This document shows positions 51,146 to 61,129 of a stretch of DNA of 64,000 nt, piece by piece. Where the stretch lies: assembly GCA_963751455.1 (NCBI GenBank), contig CAVVUN010000006.1, positions 96,001 to 160,000 of the forward strand. Reading direction: 5' to 3'. The number at the start of each line of letters is the position of its first letter. Position 1 is the stretch's first letter. Source of the stretch: Nitrospirota bacterium (GTDB lineage Bacteria > Nitrospirota > UBA9217). The notes below the pieces were generated by a model. That model did not search any database. It was not told the origin of the DNA and saw only the letters and a program-made list of their open reading frames with translations. The position numbers and the translations under genes are program-made.

Positions 51146-51695
51146 GCTGCCTCCTTTCGACCGGCACATCGAGGTAACCGCAGGATGAAAGGTGCCCCAA
51201 TATCCGCTCTGCCGACTGGCGCGGCGTTTCGTGCACCGTATCGATCGTCATTTCCGGACCCACGGGCGGCTCATAGGGATCGTCCAGCCCGGTGAAATTC
51301 GGCCTCTTCCCGTTCCTCGCTTCCTTCCACATGCCCTTTACGTCCCGGCTTTCGCAGATGTTCGCTTCGGTGCTTACCCATACTTCAACGAAATCCCGGC
51401 CGATCATGCTCCGTACCTCTTCACGCGGCTTACGATAGGGCGAAACCAGGGAACAGATCACTGCGGCTCCGTGCGAGGTTAGCAATTCAGCGATATGCCC
51501 CACGCGCGTAATGTTCGTGGCGCGGTCGCTCTTGCTGAAGCCGAGCTCTTTTGAAAGCCAGGGACGAACGACGTCTCCGTCCAGAAGCGTTACTTTCCGA
51601 CCGCGGCCCCGCAGCATGGATATGAGCTCCAGCGCGATCGTCGTCTTTCCCGAACACGGGAGACCCGTCAGCCAAACACAGAATCCTTTTTGCAT
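51123..51695 (-). CDS. cysC: Adenylyl-sulfate (APS) kinase
   Basis: WLTGLPCSGKTT, LLDGDVVR, LGFSKSDR, RDVKG, FTGLDDPYEPP. Confidence 0.95.
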   Translation of the reverse strand: MQKGFCVWLTGLPCSGKTTIALELISMLRGRGRKVTLLDGDVVRPWLSKELGFSKSDRATNITRVGHIAELLTSHGAAVICSLVSPYRKPREEVRSMIGRDFVEVWVSTEANICESRDVKGMWKEARNGKRPNFTGLDDPYEPPVGPEMTIDTVHETPRQSAERILGHLSSCGYLDVPVERRQHDPVATL

Positions 51696-51801
51696 TGTTA
51701 TGCCCTCCTTCGTTTTTTGTCGTAGCAGCCCGGTTTCTACACATAAAAAAGGCTCTTCTCCAAGCAAGTGAATGAATTATAAGGAGCATCACGATGTACG
51801 A

Positions 51802-51998
51802 GATCCTTGATTTCTTTCTGCACCGCCGTTCACAGGTCCGCGCAGACATGACAGGATATCTCTTATTAGCCGAAGCTATTTTGGGCCGCTCATCGCGCTG
51901 ATGCTTCGCAACGCGCATGCATGATTTGTGATTTACCGTCCCTGCTGCCGGTCATGTAAAGCACGGACCTATTCACGGGATGCAGGCGCCTCTGGAAA
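51802..51998 (-). repeat. About 200-bp self-complementary repeat element, copy B
   Basis: Reverse-complement match to 49708-49912 with a variable centre. Confidence 0.8.
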
Positions 51999-52179
51999 TG
52001 CAAAACAAAAACAAGCGAAGAGCCCCCAAAAGAATTAAAGCGTGATCACCCAGAGACGAATCAAAAACTCCACTCATCAAGGAGAAGACCATAAAAAAAG
52101 GCCAGGCGCCGGGTGTCGGCCTGACCTTTTTACCGATAAAGGATATGTCCCGCAGCAAAGTACGAGGCTGGAAAACAAA

Positions 52180-52204
52180 AAGCCGGGGCAATGTGCCCCG
52201 GCTT
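52180..52204 (-). terminator. Rho-independent terminator
   Basis: AAGCCGGGGCA-C(A)T-TGCCCCGGCTT followed by TTGTTTT on the minus strand. Confidence 0.7.
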
Positions 52205-52254
52205 AAGACGAGAATTGTTGTGCGGTAGAGAACGGTTGGTTCAAGAGCGAAGAA

Positions 52255-52590
52255 TCATTCTGTTGACGCATCCGGGCAAAGAGTCCGGTACGAGGCAACA
52301 GGCCGGTGCTGAAGCAGCCCTTGTTTTATCGCAAGCGCCCGGCAGCATTCCTGCTCGAGGATCTCCGAGACGGACTGGCCTGTTTCCGTAACCAGACCCT
52401 TTGCCTCTTCAGGAAGCGCGAATGCGGAAACCTCCTTAATGACTCCTTGTTCAGCTCTCTTCCAGATCTCATTCGTCCATGACGCTAAACGCTTGTCTAA
52501 TTCTTCTTTAAACCTCTCGGGATCCACACCTCTAAGCGCCGAGAGATACGCAAGTCGTCGTTTCTTTCTTCGGTCCTTTGCTTTTCCCAT
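52255..52590 (-). CDS. Hypothetical protein
   Basis: 111 aa ORF with G-rich RBS and downstream terminator. Confidence 0.65.
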   Translation of the reverse strand: MGKAKDRRKKRRLAYLSALRGVDPERFKEELDKRLASWTNEIWKRAEQGVIKEVSAFALPEEAKGLVTETGQSVSEILEQECCRALAIKQGLLQHRPVASYRTLCPDASTE

Positions 52591-52975
52591 GTGACCCCCC
52601 TATTGAGTCGAACGATGTCTGTCGTCTTTGCAAGGGGACCTAATCGGGCTTTCGCCTTTTCGGCTATCGGTATGCCGGGTCAAGCTATGCGACCGTTTCC
52701 AGCATTACTTTTTATATTTGATCCAGTCGTTGCGCTGATATCGGTTACAGCTGATTCACCTTCTCATTCAGCGCAGAATGATCCAATTGTTCTCCTTTCC
52801 TGTGGAGCCCCCTGGCAGGAACCGGAGGCTCCCTATAAATGTCGCGACATCCCGCCGCAGTCCCGATATTCGGGGCTGCGGCCGCGGGGTCAGTGTCTTG
52901 ATCCAGCTCCGGGAAATGCAACGATCTGCGATACCCATCGCCGAAGAACAAGTACTATAGTCTTACCATTTGATA

Positions 52976-53289
52976 TTATAGCCAAGGCTTGCGAAGCAGA
53001 GTACTACCCGAATAGGTAGGGTCGAATGATGGCGTATATCTCTGGCCATCAACCAATAAAATCAGGAATTTAAGGGAAGACATCACGGGGGGGGCAATGG
53101 CCAGCTGGTCGTGATCAGAGTGGTCAAGCGGATCAAGGAAATTAAGGAAAGAACCACCGAGGTATTGTTTGAGTTTTCCGGAGTTGAAACGCCGCACAAC
53201 CGGCTACCGGATTGGACTGCCAGAAGAATTTCAGCTTTTCGGACTGCTCGATTGTTTTTAAACCGATTAATGATCTGTTGCTTCTTCAT
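52976..53289 (-). pseudogene. Possible nucleotidyltransferase remnant
   Basis: ILLAVQSGSRLCGVSTPENS resembles the ESGSR...DSD motif; frameshifted. Confidence 0.45.
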
Positions 53290-53312
53290 GCTTTAAGAAT
53301 CTACGAGCACAA

Positions 53313-53633
53313 TCAAGCAAAACGCACGGAAAGTTGGCCGGTCTTTCTAGATCGAGATGCAGTCTTAACCACGATTTGGACATCGCGCCCAAGCAGTGTT
53401 AAGCACTCAAGCATTTTAGTTTCCGAAATGCCCCGAAACCGGCCACGAAGCATGTTAGAGAGCTTAGGCTGTGGCATTCCAAGCAGGGATGATGCCTGAG
53501 TTTGTGTCAGCTTTCTCAGTTTAATAATTTCTCCGATCTTCGTGGCAAGTTGTGCTTTGACCAACATCTCTTCTGCATCGGCCATGCCGAGATCTGCATA
53601 TATGTTCATACTGCCTTTTTCTATTTTATTCAT
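53313..53633 (-). CDS. XRE/HTH antitoxin (HigA-like)
   Basis: GSMNIYADLG, LTQTQAS, QPKLS; overlaps the toxin stop. Confidence 0.88.
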   Translation of the reverse strand: MNKIEKGSMNIYADLGMADAEEMLVKAQLATKIGEIIKLRKLTQTQASSLLGMPQPKLSNMLRGRFRGISETKMLECLTLLGRDVQIVVKTASRSRKTGQLSVRFA

Positions 53634-53979
53634 TCCTTACTCCTTCTGAATGCTCGCAGGCTGATTTCAGCCGCGCTTCGATCAAGTCCTTATCCTGTTT
53701 TGAGGTTTCAATACCTTTTCTTGATTTCTTCTGAAAACAATGCAGCACATACACTGCGTTCCTGAATTTAACGGTGTAAACCGCTCTGTACGTGCTTCCG
53801 TCGTCATCCTCGACGACTTCAAGTACTCCCGCAGATCCGAAACCCCTAAGCGGCTTGGCTCGCGGGTGTTTGTGGCCGCCTTGCGCTAAATGAAGCGCAT
53901 AGCCGAAAACATCCAGAACCTCTTCCGGCATTTCCTTAAGATCTTTTTTCGACGATCCAACCCAGAATAAGGGCTTCAA
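53626..53979 (-). CDS. RelE/ParE-superfamily toxin (Gp49/HigB-like)
   Basis: WVGSSKKDL, TYRAVY, YVLHCFQKKS. Confidence 0.9.
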   Translation of the reverse strand: MKPLFWVGSSKKDLKEMPEEVLDVFGYALHLAQGGHKHPRAKPLRGFGSAGVLEVVEDDDGSTYRAVYTVKFRNAVYVLHCFQKKSRKGIETSKQDKDLIEARLKSACEHSEGVRNE

Positions 53980-54523
53980 TAAATGACCTCACTGACGATA
54001 TTATACCTAAATGGGTATATAAATGCAAGGGCTGCTTCTTGGAACAATTTTATTAAGAGCCGGTTGGATGCGCTACTCTCTATTTGAAGTCCGTTTAAAC
54101 CCCTTTTTGGAAAAAATGCGACCTTATATTATTCCCTTTCACATTAAAAATGATATTTCAAGACCCCACGCCATTTGGTTCGTGGAGTGAAGAAGTAACG
54201 GCCTGCAGATCTAATTTCTCTAGTCCATTTCGGACACAACCCCTCAAATGTTATCTTGCTATTTTTCAAGAATCGAGAAGTGACCCGAAGTAGTTTTCGT
54301 CGTTTCAAGACGATTTTACGGCGCTTTTCGTTGGTTCTAAGAAGGTTTATTGTGAAAAACGGGCGAAAAAAGAGGAAGAGATAAAAAGCAGTAAGGAAAT
54401 GAAGATTTCACCTACAACTAAACAGATTTCGTAGAAGTGAAACTTTAACAATTACTACTTGAAAGTTGGTATTTGCCAGAATCGGGAAGTAAGTCTCTGA
54501 GCCTAAAAGTTACAACGTCAGTA

Positions 54524-55714
54524 TTACTGATAATTAATTGGACGAAGCTCATAGCCGGCGCTTTTCAGGGATGGTCTTCGTAGCGGAAGCACTCTCGGCG
54601 ACTTGCTGCTTGCCCGAAAAACAACATAAATATGATAATTGACCAGGCTTTCGGATTTATCCAGCCCATTTGACGAAATGTAAAAACCTCCACTCAAATT
54701 GCCAGCGCTTGTTGATTTCACTTCAATCGGTCGCTCACTTCCATCTTCATCGAACGAGAGAATGTCATAACCGGAACCGGCGTTTCTCTGTGACTCGTGA
54801 ACGATCCTTCTCGCAAGCTCTCTTTTTCCTGCGTCAATAAGCCTCCTTTTCTCAAGTTCGAGGACGATAGCTTCTCCGCGATCACCTATTCGCCTCAACT
54901 GCCTCTGACGCCTTTCGAAATCAGCAGGACCCGATGCACCTCGTCCAGAATTTGTTCGTGGCATGGGCGGCATTTCATCGATAAAGGCCGCTCCCTCCAT
55001 TGCATCGCTGAGAATCGGATAAGAACCTGTCGAAGTAGCGACTGCAGCAGAATCAGATGGATAACCGAAGACATCATAAAGAAATCGCATATATAAATAA
55101 ATCGGTTGAGACTTTAATTCCGGCCAAGACGCCCGGTACTCCATCAGAGCTTTCTGCATCGCGACTTCAGAATCAAAGGTTTCCCGGAAGGTTAAGTTCA
55201 GAAACAAAATGCTGAAGATGACGTTTTGAGTAAATAGGTGCGAATTTATGAGAATAGTATAAGAAAAGAAGCTTCCCTTTGAACATGGGGATATCTTGTT
55301 TTCCTTGATTGCGGCCATGTCATCTATACTCGCCGCATTGAGGAGCTGAACAAGAGCAGTCTTTATGTTTTCAAAGGCGTTGGTATAATTGTCGCCCCAA
55401 TGTGCGGCATGGCGATATCTTTCTCTGCGGTCGCTCTTCGTCTTTCCATAATAGACGCCGAACTTCGCAGCCGTCGCGCCCAGAATACGGCCGCATTTAT
55501 CTAACTCACGCTCTAATCTGTAGCAAAACGATTTGTTGTCGCGTCCCTTTCCAATTACAAAGTCGTCAATCTGCATCTGGGCTATCTTGCGCGGTGAATA
55601 ATCGGAAACAAACCGCCGGTGGTTCTTCTCAGTTTCTTTCCATTCTTCGCGGTCTCGTTCAGCAAGAATCGGCACCCGCAAGGCGATCTGTTCTGCCATT
55701 TCAATGCGATTCAT
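54524..55714 (-). CDS. DUF3883 (PD-(D/E)xK nuclease-like) domain protein
   Basis: IGDRGE, GYDILSF, IEVKST; central part reads better in another frame (MFKGKLLFLYY), suggesting two compensating indels. Confidence 0.75.
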   Translation of the reverse strand: MNRIEMAEQIALRVPILAERDREEWKETEKNHRRFVSDYSPRKIAQMQIDDFVIGKGRDNKSFCYRLERELDKCGRILGATAAKFGVYYGKTKSDRRERYRHAAHWGDNYTNAFENIKTALVQLLNAASIDDMAAIKENKISPCSKGSFFSYTILINSHLFTQNVIFSILFLNLTFRETFDSEVAMQKALMEYRASWPELKSQPIYLYMRFLYDVFGYPSDSAAVATSTGSYPILSDAMEGAAFIDEMPPMPRTNSGRGASGPADFERRQRQLRRIGDRGEAIVLELEKRRLIDAGKRELARRIVHESQRNAGSGYDILSFDEDGSERPIEVKSTSAGNLSGGFYISSNGLDKSESLVNYHIYVVFRASSKSPRVLPLRRPSLKSAGYELRPINYQ

Positions 55715-55756
55715 AATTTACCCTTTTGCTCTGGGGAATCGCCCGCTTCTTACGGC

Positions 55757-58720
55757 TTATTCAACATGTATCCCGACTAACGCCGTCGTTACACGCGCCC
55801 GTTTCTGGCGGTCCGGAATCCACTCCAATATTACGCTTTTCATCGTTTCATCAAATCGCGCCTGAAGTCTGTTGATATCAAGACTCGTCAAAGATAGCGG
55901 TTTGGCGACGCCCGCGGTCTTTGTCCACTCTATTCGATCGCAGACCTCGATGTTCCCCTCCACCCCCTGTCCCCCGCCGGCGGGGGATAGGGGGTGGAGG
56001 CCCCGCAGAGTGAGCACACGTGCAGATGCATGTCCTGGCTTATCTTCATATCGGACAAGATACCGAGCGTAGACCACCCCTTCACCGCCGACCTGTGAGA
56101 CCTCGCCTGTAAAGCCCGGTTCAGACACTTCTTTCAGAAGAGCATCGACTAATGGATGTCCGATGCCGCCCAACTCACTGCCGCGTTTTCTGAGAGACAA
56201 CGCTCGATCAAAACATACATTTTCGTACCGCGGCGCCAGATGGTAGCGACGCTGCAGCGCTTCCGGTACATGGAATGTCCAGAGCTCGCCGTCCGGCATT
56301 GCAGCACCGCCGAGACGAAGGATGGTGCTGCGTACCCACTGGCCAAGCTCATCCAGGGTATGCCTGCCTTCGATGCGGCGGTAGTTTTCAAGGTTGAACT
56401 GCGTCAGATCCTGAGAAAGCGCGCTGAGTGCTTCCCGAGCCCGGTTCGCCTCCTGGATCATTTCAACCATGTCCTTCTCTGTCCTGCGGTAATCCCGGTC
56501 AACCAGAGCGCGTTTGTACAATTCCTGATAATCCGGACGGCTTCCCAACAGGCCGAGAATCTCGCTCTGGAAATCTTCCCGTACCTGCCCCTGTTCATCC
56601 ACCTTGCCGATGGACTCCGCAATCTCGGTTAATTTGAATTGAAGCATATCATAAATACGTTCTTCTACTGTATCGTCGGCAAAAAGGTTGTATACCTGCA
56701 CTGTCTCAAGCTGGCCGTACCGATGAATGCGGCCGATGCGCTGCTCTACTGCCATCGGGTTCCACGGCAGGTCGTAATTGAACAATATTCTTCCGATCTG
56801 CAGGTTGATTCCTTCGCCGCCCGCTGACGTGCAGATCAGGAAGCGCGCACCGTTCTCCTTCCAAAAAGACTCCATCGCTGCGATCTTGTCTTCAAGCGGT
56901 CCGCCTTTAATATTCGCGATGTACCCATGACCAAAAATGCGGCCCAACTCCTCCGAAAGAAATTCAAGGGTATCCCGATACTGCGTAAAGATCACAAATC
57001 GTTCAGCCGGATTGTCCCGCGATAGATCACTTATGGCGCGAACCAGCGTTTCAAAGCGGCGGTCGGTGCCATCCGGCACATGACTGATAAGATCGCGCAC
57101 TTTCCGTATCTCATCCGGTATATCCGTCTCAGCAAATACCCCCTCCTCGCCCTCTTCATCGCCGTCAAGCGACCAGTCCGTCGTTTCAGCTTGCTCCTCA
57201 CGCTTTTGCAAACGCCGCCTGACGCGGCCAACATAGGCCTCGGCAGCCATTCTAATATCTGTATCCGTTTCTATTTCAGTCATTCCGGCTTGTCCGGAAT
57301 CATTCCCCGCACTTGCCGGATGGATTCCCGACGCGTTACGCTTGCGGGAATGACGAAATTGTTCGCCGAGCGTGTTTCCCTCGCCGAGGATCGCCCTGGC
57401 CACTGCCAGCATCTCATCCTGGATGCGCATGATCTCTTCTGCAAAGGATGCAGCTTTCGCGGGTGTCTGCGTGCTGCGTCGCCGGGTTTCCAATTCAAGC
57501 TGTTTACGCACGAGCAAGACCAAGAGCCGCCGCCGCAGCGCCTGGCGAATAGCTCGCGGGCTGGATGACATGATCTTCTGAAAGGTAGCCATTACAAAGC
57601 CGATCGCACGCTGCTCGTTGGTAGTTCGCTTCTGGCCGATTCCTGCCGCATTGTACCCTTCACGAAGGTACTCGCTTAACTGATCATAGAAATGCCGTTC
57701 CCGAGGGGCAAGCGAGAAACGTTCAGTGTGGACCTGACGCCGCCGGAAGATAGGCCCGCCGGAGGAATCTGTCACCTCGCGCTTGGTGCGCCGGATCATG
57801 ACGCGATTCAAGAGACCCATGCGGTTATTGACCGCTTCCGGGTCCGCAAAGAGCTGATCATCAAGGATCTGGATCAAGGACCAGAACTGAAACGCATTGC
57901 CTTGATGTGGTGTTGCGGACAAAAAGATAAGATCGCGAGCGTGGTTTCGCAAGGCCTCGGCAAGCTTGTAATTCTGCGTCGTCACCGTCTTCTTGCCGCT
58001 CTTTGTCCGCGATACATGGTGGGCTTCGTCGATGATCACCAGGTCCCAAGGCGCAGCTGCCAGCATCCTCTGCATGCGGCGCGGCACTTTAAGCGTGTCA
58101 ATCGAGACAATGACCTGATGGTGTCGCTCCCAGGCAGCAGAGCCATGGTCCTGAAAATCCCGGCCCAGGATATCAAAATGCAGCCGGAAACAGCTATCGA
58201 GTTCCCTGCGCCAGTTCTCGAGCAGCCCTGCGGGGGTCACGATAAGAATGCGCTCTACGTCTTTGCGCGCTATCAACTCGCGGATCAGCATCCCCGTTTC
58301 AATGGTCTTTCCCAGGCCGACCTCATCAGCAATTAGCACTCGGCGGGGTGACTGATTGACGAGATCATGGACCATGAGGATCTGATGCGGAAGCAAATCC
58401 ACGCGGCTTGCGGAAAGTTCGCCGCCCGTATTCGCGTAGCTCATATCAAGAGCCATCTGCTTGATGCGATAATCATGCGGATCGTCGAACTGCCGCGTTG
58501 CAAGCCTCTCCCAGAGGTCCGCTGCCTTCTCCAGCCATTCTATCGGCAGGTTCTCGACCCGCTCGCCTTCTGCGGTCTTGAAGAGCACCTTGGCCTGATA
58601 AACACCAAACTCCTCTGAAACGCGCAGTACCTCTCCGACGCCTAATTCCGGCCGGTCCTTCACGCGAACTTTGTCGTCGCGATTGATCGCTATATATGTT
58701 GTACTCGTCTCACTCATCAA
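55757..58720 (-). CDS. SNF2-family helicase (DrmD/RapA-like) with two in-frame REP insertions
   Basis: ADEVGLGKT, DEAH, SATPH, GGEGINLQ, WNPMAVEQRIGRIHR. Confidence 0.93.
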   Translation of the reverse strand: MMSETSTTYIAINRDDKVRVKDRPELGVGEVLRVSEEFGVYQAKVLFKTAEGERVENLPIEWLEKAADLWERLATRQFDDPHDYRIKQMALDMSYANTGGELSASRVDLLPHQILMVHDLVNQSPRRVLIADEVGLGKTIETGMLIRELIARKDVERILIVTPAGLLENWRRELDSCFRLHFDILGRDFQDHGSAAWERHHQVIVSIDTLKVPRRMQRMLAAAPWDLVIIDEAHHVSRTKSGKKTVTTQNYKLAEALRNHARDLIFLSATPHQGNAFQFWSLIQILDDQLFADPEAVNNRMGLLNRVMIRRTKREVTDSSGGPIFRRRQVHTERFSLAPRERHFYDQLSEYLREGYNAAGIGQKRTTNEQRAIGFVMATFQKIMSSSPRAIRQALRRRLLVLLVRKQLELETRRRSTQTPAKAASFAEEIMRIQDEMLAVARAILGEGNTLGEQFRHSRKRNASGIHPASAGNDSGQAGMTEIETDTDIRMAAEAYVGRVRRRLQKREEQAETTDWSLDGDEEGEEGVFAETDIPDEIRKVRDLISHVPDGTDRRFETLVRAISDLSRDNPAERFVIFTQYRDTLEFLSEELGRIFGHGYIANIKGGPLEDKIAAMESFWKENGARFLICTSAGGEGINLQIGRILFNYDLPWNPMAVEQRIGRIHRYGQLETVQVYNLFADDTVEERIYDMLQFKLTEIAESIGKVDEQGQVREDFQSEILGLLGSRPDYQELYKRALVDRDYRRTEKDMVEMIQEANRAREALSALSQDLTQFNLENYRRIEGRHTLDELGQWVRSTILRLGGAAMPDGELWTFHVPEALQRRYHLAPRYENVCFDRALSLRKRGSELGGIGHPLVDALLKEVSEPGFTGEVSQVGGEGVVYARYLVRYEDKPGHASARVLTLRGLHPLSPAGGGQGVEGNIEVCDRIEWTKTAGVAKPLSLTSLDINRLQARFDETMKSVILEWIPDRQKRARVTTALVGIHVE

Positions 58721-59170
58721 TAGTACTCCAATTCCTATTGTCCCCCGCTGGCGGGGGTAGGGGGTGGACTGGCGCAGGGGGGGTGGACGCCTCTATATCT
58801 TCAATAACTTCCTCAATCCTTCTCGCCACACCCTGTATATTCTTCAGAACATCATCATCCGTAAATCGCAGGACTCTCATCCCAATCGCAGCAAGATCAC
58901 GGTCTTTTTTATCATCCTTAACAACCGTTTCCTCAAAGCCGTGTGTATATCCGTCAACTTCAATAACCAGTCGAAGCTCGCGGCACATAAAATCCGCTAT
59001 GTAATTGAGAACCGGGCGCTGTCTCCTGAATTGATACCCCTTCATCGTTCTTGCTCTCAATACATACTTCCACAACGCAGCTCTGCTTTGGTCATTTCCT
59101 TTCGCAGTTTGTTGGCGAAGGGCTGGAGGTTTTTGTTATAAGCGTAGTTGTTAGTGTTATCGGCTTGCAT
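58710..59170 (-). pseudogene. DUF559/Vsr-like endonuclease, frameshifted, flanked by REP hairpins
   Basis: LRKEMTKAE then shifted LWKYVL, FRRQ, YIADF, IEVDG..H; CCCCCGCCAGCGGGGG hairpins at 58740 and 59185. Confidence 0.82.
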
Positions 59171-59299
59171 AGGATTCCACCCCCTACCCCCGCCAGCGGG
59201 GGACAGGAATAGGCACGCCCGTTCGGCTGAGTGGCTTTGCCCTGTTTCTCGAACTTTCACCGCTGCTCAAATCCAATACGTTGCCATACTGCATTATTG

Positions 59300-59635
59300 T
59301 CATTTGTTTATTGCCTTCTCAAGCTCTATTTTCCTAAGCTGAAGCGCATTCAGTTTCTTCTTGATATCAGACATTTCTTTTATTATTTTCCTCAACTCCG
59401 CTTCGCCCTTTATTTTTGCCAGGTATTTTGCACCAAGCTCCTTGGCTATGTACTTTTCCAACTGGTTTCGGAGGACTCTGAGAAAGGGATTTCCGTATAC
59501 AGCTCCTTCTCGGCACTCTAATTTTCCCGCTTTTATGCCTTTGACAATGAAAGCGTAGTCCACCCCGTATTCAGCTTTTGCCGTCGCGTCGCTGAGCGTC
59601 GCGCCTTTTTGAGTCCATTCTCCGTATTCAGCCAT
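59300..59635 (-). CDS. Hypothetical protein
   Basis: AAGGAGG RBS; C-terminal coiled coil. Confidence 0.75.
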   Translation of the reverse strand: MAEYGEWTQKGATLSDATAKAEYGVDYAFIVKGIKAGKLECREGAVYGNPFLRVLRNQLEKYIAKELGAKYLAKIKGEAELRKIIKEMSDIKKKLNALQLRKIELEKAINK

Positions 59636-59645
59636 GCATGCCTCC

Positions 59646-59948
59646 TTATGATGAGCGTGGTCTTTTCACCATTTCCATGATCGTCCTCGCCGCTTCATCC
59701 AAATCCATATCATAGATTTTCAGTGCCTCGTCTTTGTCTATGGAAATATCAAAAGCCTCCTCGATATCGCAGAGAGGCCGCGTCTCCGTGAGGACATCCG
59801 GAAGCCTGCTGGTTGACCACATGCAACACATCTGTTTTGAATCAGGATTGGCCCTGTACTTGCGGCGGTGCTTATTGTAGATCGCGAGCAAGACCCGGTA
59901 TGCGGCATCGACGGAAGCGGGCGCGTTGTCAGAAGGTTTGCGCGGCAA
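59646..59948 (-). CDS. Hypothetical protein
   Basis: Probable TTG start after GAGAGGA; QMCCMWST motif. Confidence 0.6.
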   Translation of the reverse strand: MPRKPSDNAPASVDAAYRVLLAIYNKHRRKYRANPDSKQMCCMWSTSRLPDVLTETRPLCDIEEAFDISIDKDEALKIYDMDLDEAARTIMEMVKRPRSS

Positions 59949-60051
59949 GTTTGTATCTCCTCTCAAGTTGTTGGTGAGAAACAAGGTTACCCAAAGCGTA
60001 CAATTGAATCGAACACAGTGACCCTTCGGCGCTTTAAGAGAATTGCTTCCG

Positions 60052-60915
60052 CTATCTGCGGTTCCTCCGTCTTGACGCCTTTGCCTGTTTATGTCTGCTT
60101 CGGTTCTTCTTATTTTTTTTTCCTTGCGGGCTAAACGGCGACGGCTGCGGTTGCGAAACCACGCGCTCCTGCTCGTGAAATGAGGCAAACCATGAAATAT
60201 AGCCATGCACGTCCTCAGGCAGCCTCCATTCCCGAAGCTTTTCCAGCCTGGTCATGGCGGCGTCATATCCCTTGGCCATGACCTCATCCACTTCCCGGAG
60301 GGAGACCTCCCCTTCGAACACAAGCCCCTTGGCGAACAAGGAGCGAACCTCGGAAAGCAATTCGCCCGGATAGATATCCAGCAGATCCACCACGAGTGAG
60401 GCCCAGAAATAATCTCCGGGCTCGGCCAGGGTCTCATCGAACAGGGAAGCAAACAACTTGAGGCCTTTTTCTCGGGGCAGTTCTCCACAGGCAATTCCCA
60501 GCTTGACAGCCTCCAGGGCGGCGGTCCTCAGGTAGTCGTACGCGTCTCTGTCTCGCGCAATATCCATGATCGCAGAATAATCACCGCAGGCGGTGCGGCA
60601 AAGAAGAGCCGGGAGGGTTTCGGTGAGCATGTCGCCCCAGATGGAGTCGAGCTGTTCATCGGGTATCCTAAACGCCCTGATTACCGGAAGATGCGCCCTT
60701 TTTTCACGAAAATGCGCCAGGAGTGCAACCGCATACGTTTCGGCATGATGCTCTTCGGCGGCATACCGCGCCGGATCAATGGCAATACGATCAAGAATTT
60801 CGATAAGAAGCGGCGTTATTTCCTCCCTGAGGGTAAGGGCCTCCTCCACCTCAGCCAGACGGTATCGACCGATGAAAACATCAAATGCTTCTACAAGTTC
60901 GCTCGCTCTTGACAC
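60052..60915 (-). CDS. DUF1186-like protein
   Basis: YAVALLAHFREKRA, WGDMLTE, basic C-terminal tail. Confidence 0.7.
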   Translation of the reverse strand: MSRASELVEAFDVFIGRYRLAEVEEALTLREEITPLLIEILDRIAIDPARYAAEEHHAETYAVALLAHFREKRAHLPVIRAFRIPDEQLDSIWGDMLTETLPALLCRTACGDYSAIMDIARDRDAYDYLRTAALEAVKLGIACGELPREKGLKLFASLFDETLAEPGDYFWASLVVDLLDIYPGELLSEVRSLFAKGLVFEGEVSLREVDEVMAKGYDAAMTRLEKLREWRLPEDVHGYISWFASFHEQERVVSQPQPSPFSPQGKKNKKNRSRHKQAKASRRRNRR

Positions 60916-60943
60916 GATGCCTCCTCTTCAAGATCAGTCACTT

Positions 60944-61129
60944 TCAAAACTCATATCCCATTGCCACCCAGTAACGCCAGTCCTCGATAGCCTCTTGGGT
61001 TTCCTTGGTCGCCTTGATGCCCTGCAACTGCGAAAGCGGCACGCCGAATTTCCGTTTCTCCCATCGGATCGTCACATACAGGGTCGGTCTCGCATTCGCC
61101 ATAATGTAGACGACAAAGAGTTTTTCCAT
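60944..61129 (-). pseudogene. Chimeric remnant: GIY-YIG N-terminus fused to CcbP-like C-terminus
   Basis: FVVYIMANARPTLYV + VPLSQL...EAIEDWRYWVAMGYEF; REP GATTCCGGACAAGCCGGAATGAC upstream. Confidence 0.6.

Noticed and set aside
51818-51985. 6S RNA or SAM riboswitch
   Set aside because: No long inner stem or recognisable consensus; the two copies are oppositely oriented relative to their downstream genes
52600-52960. Structured RNA or riboswitch upstream of 52590
   Set aside because: Several GC hairpins but no motif I can assign; an Rfam search would be needed
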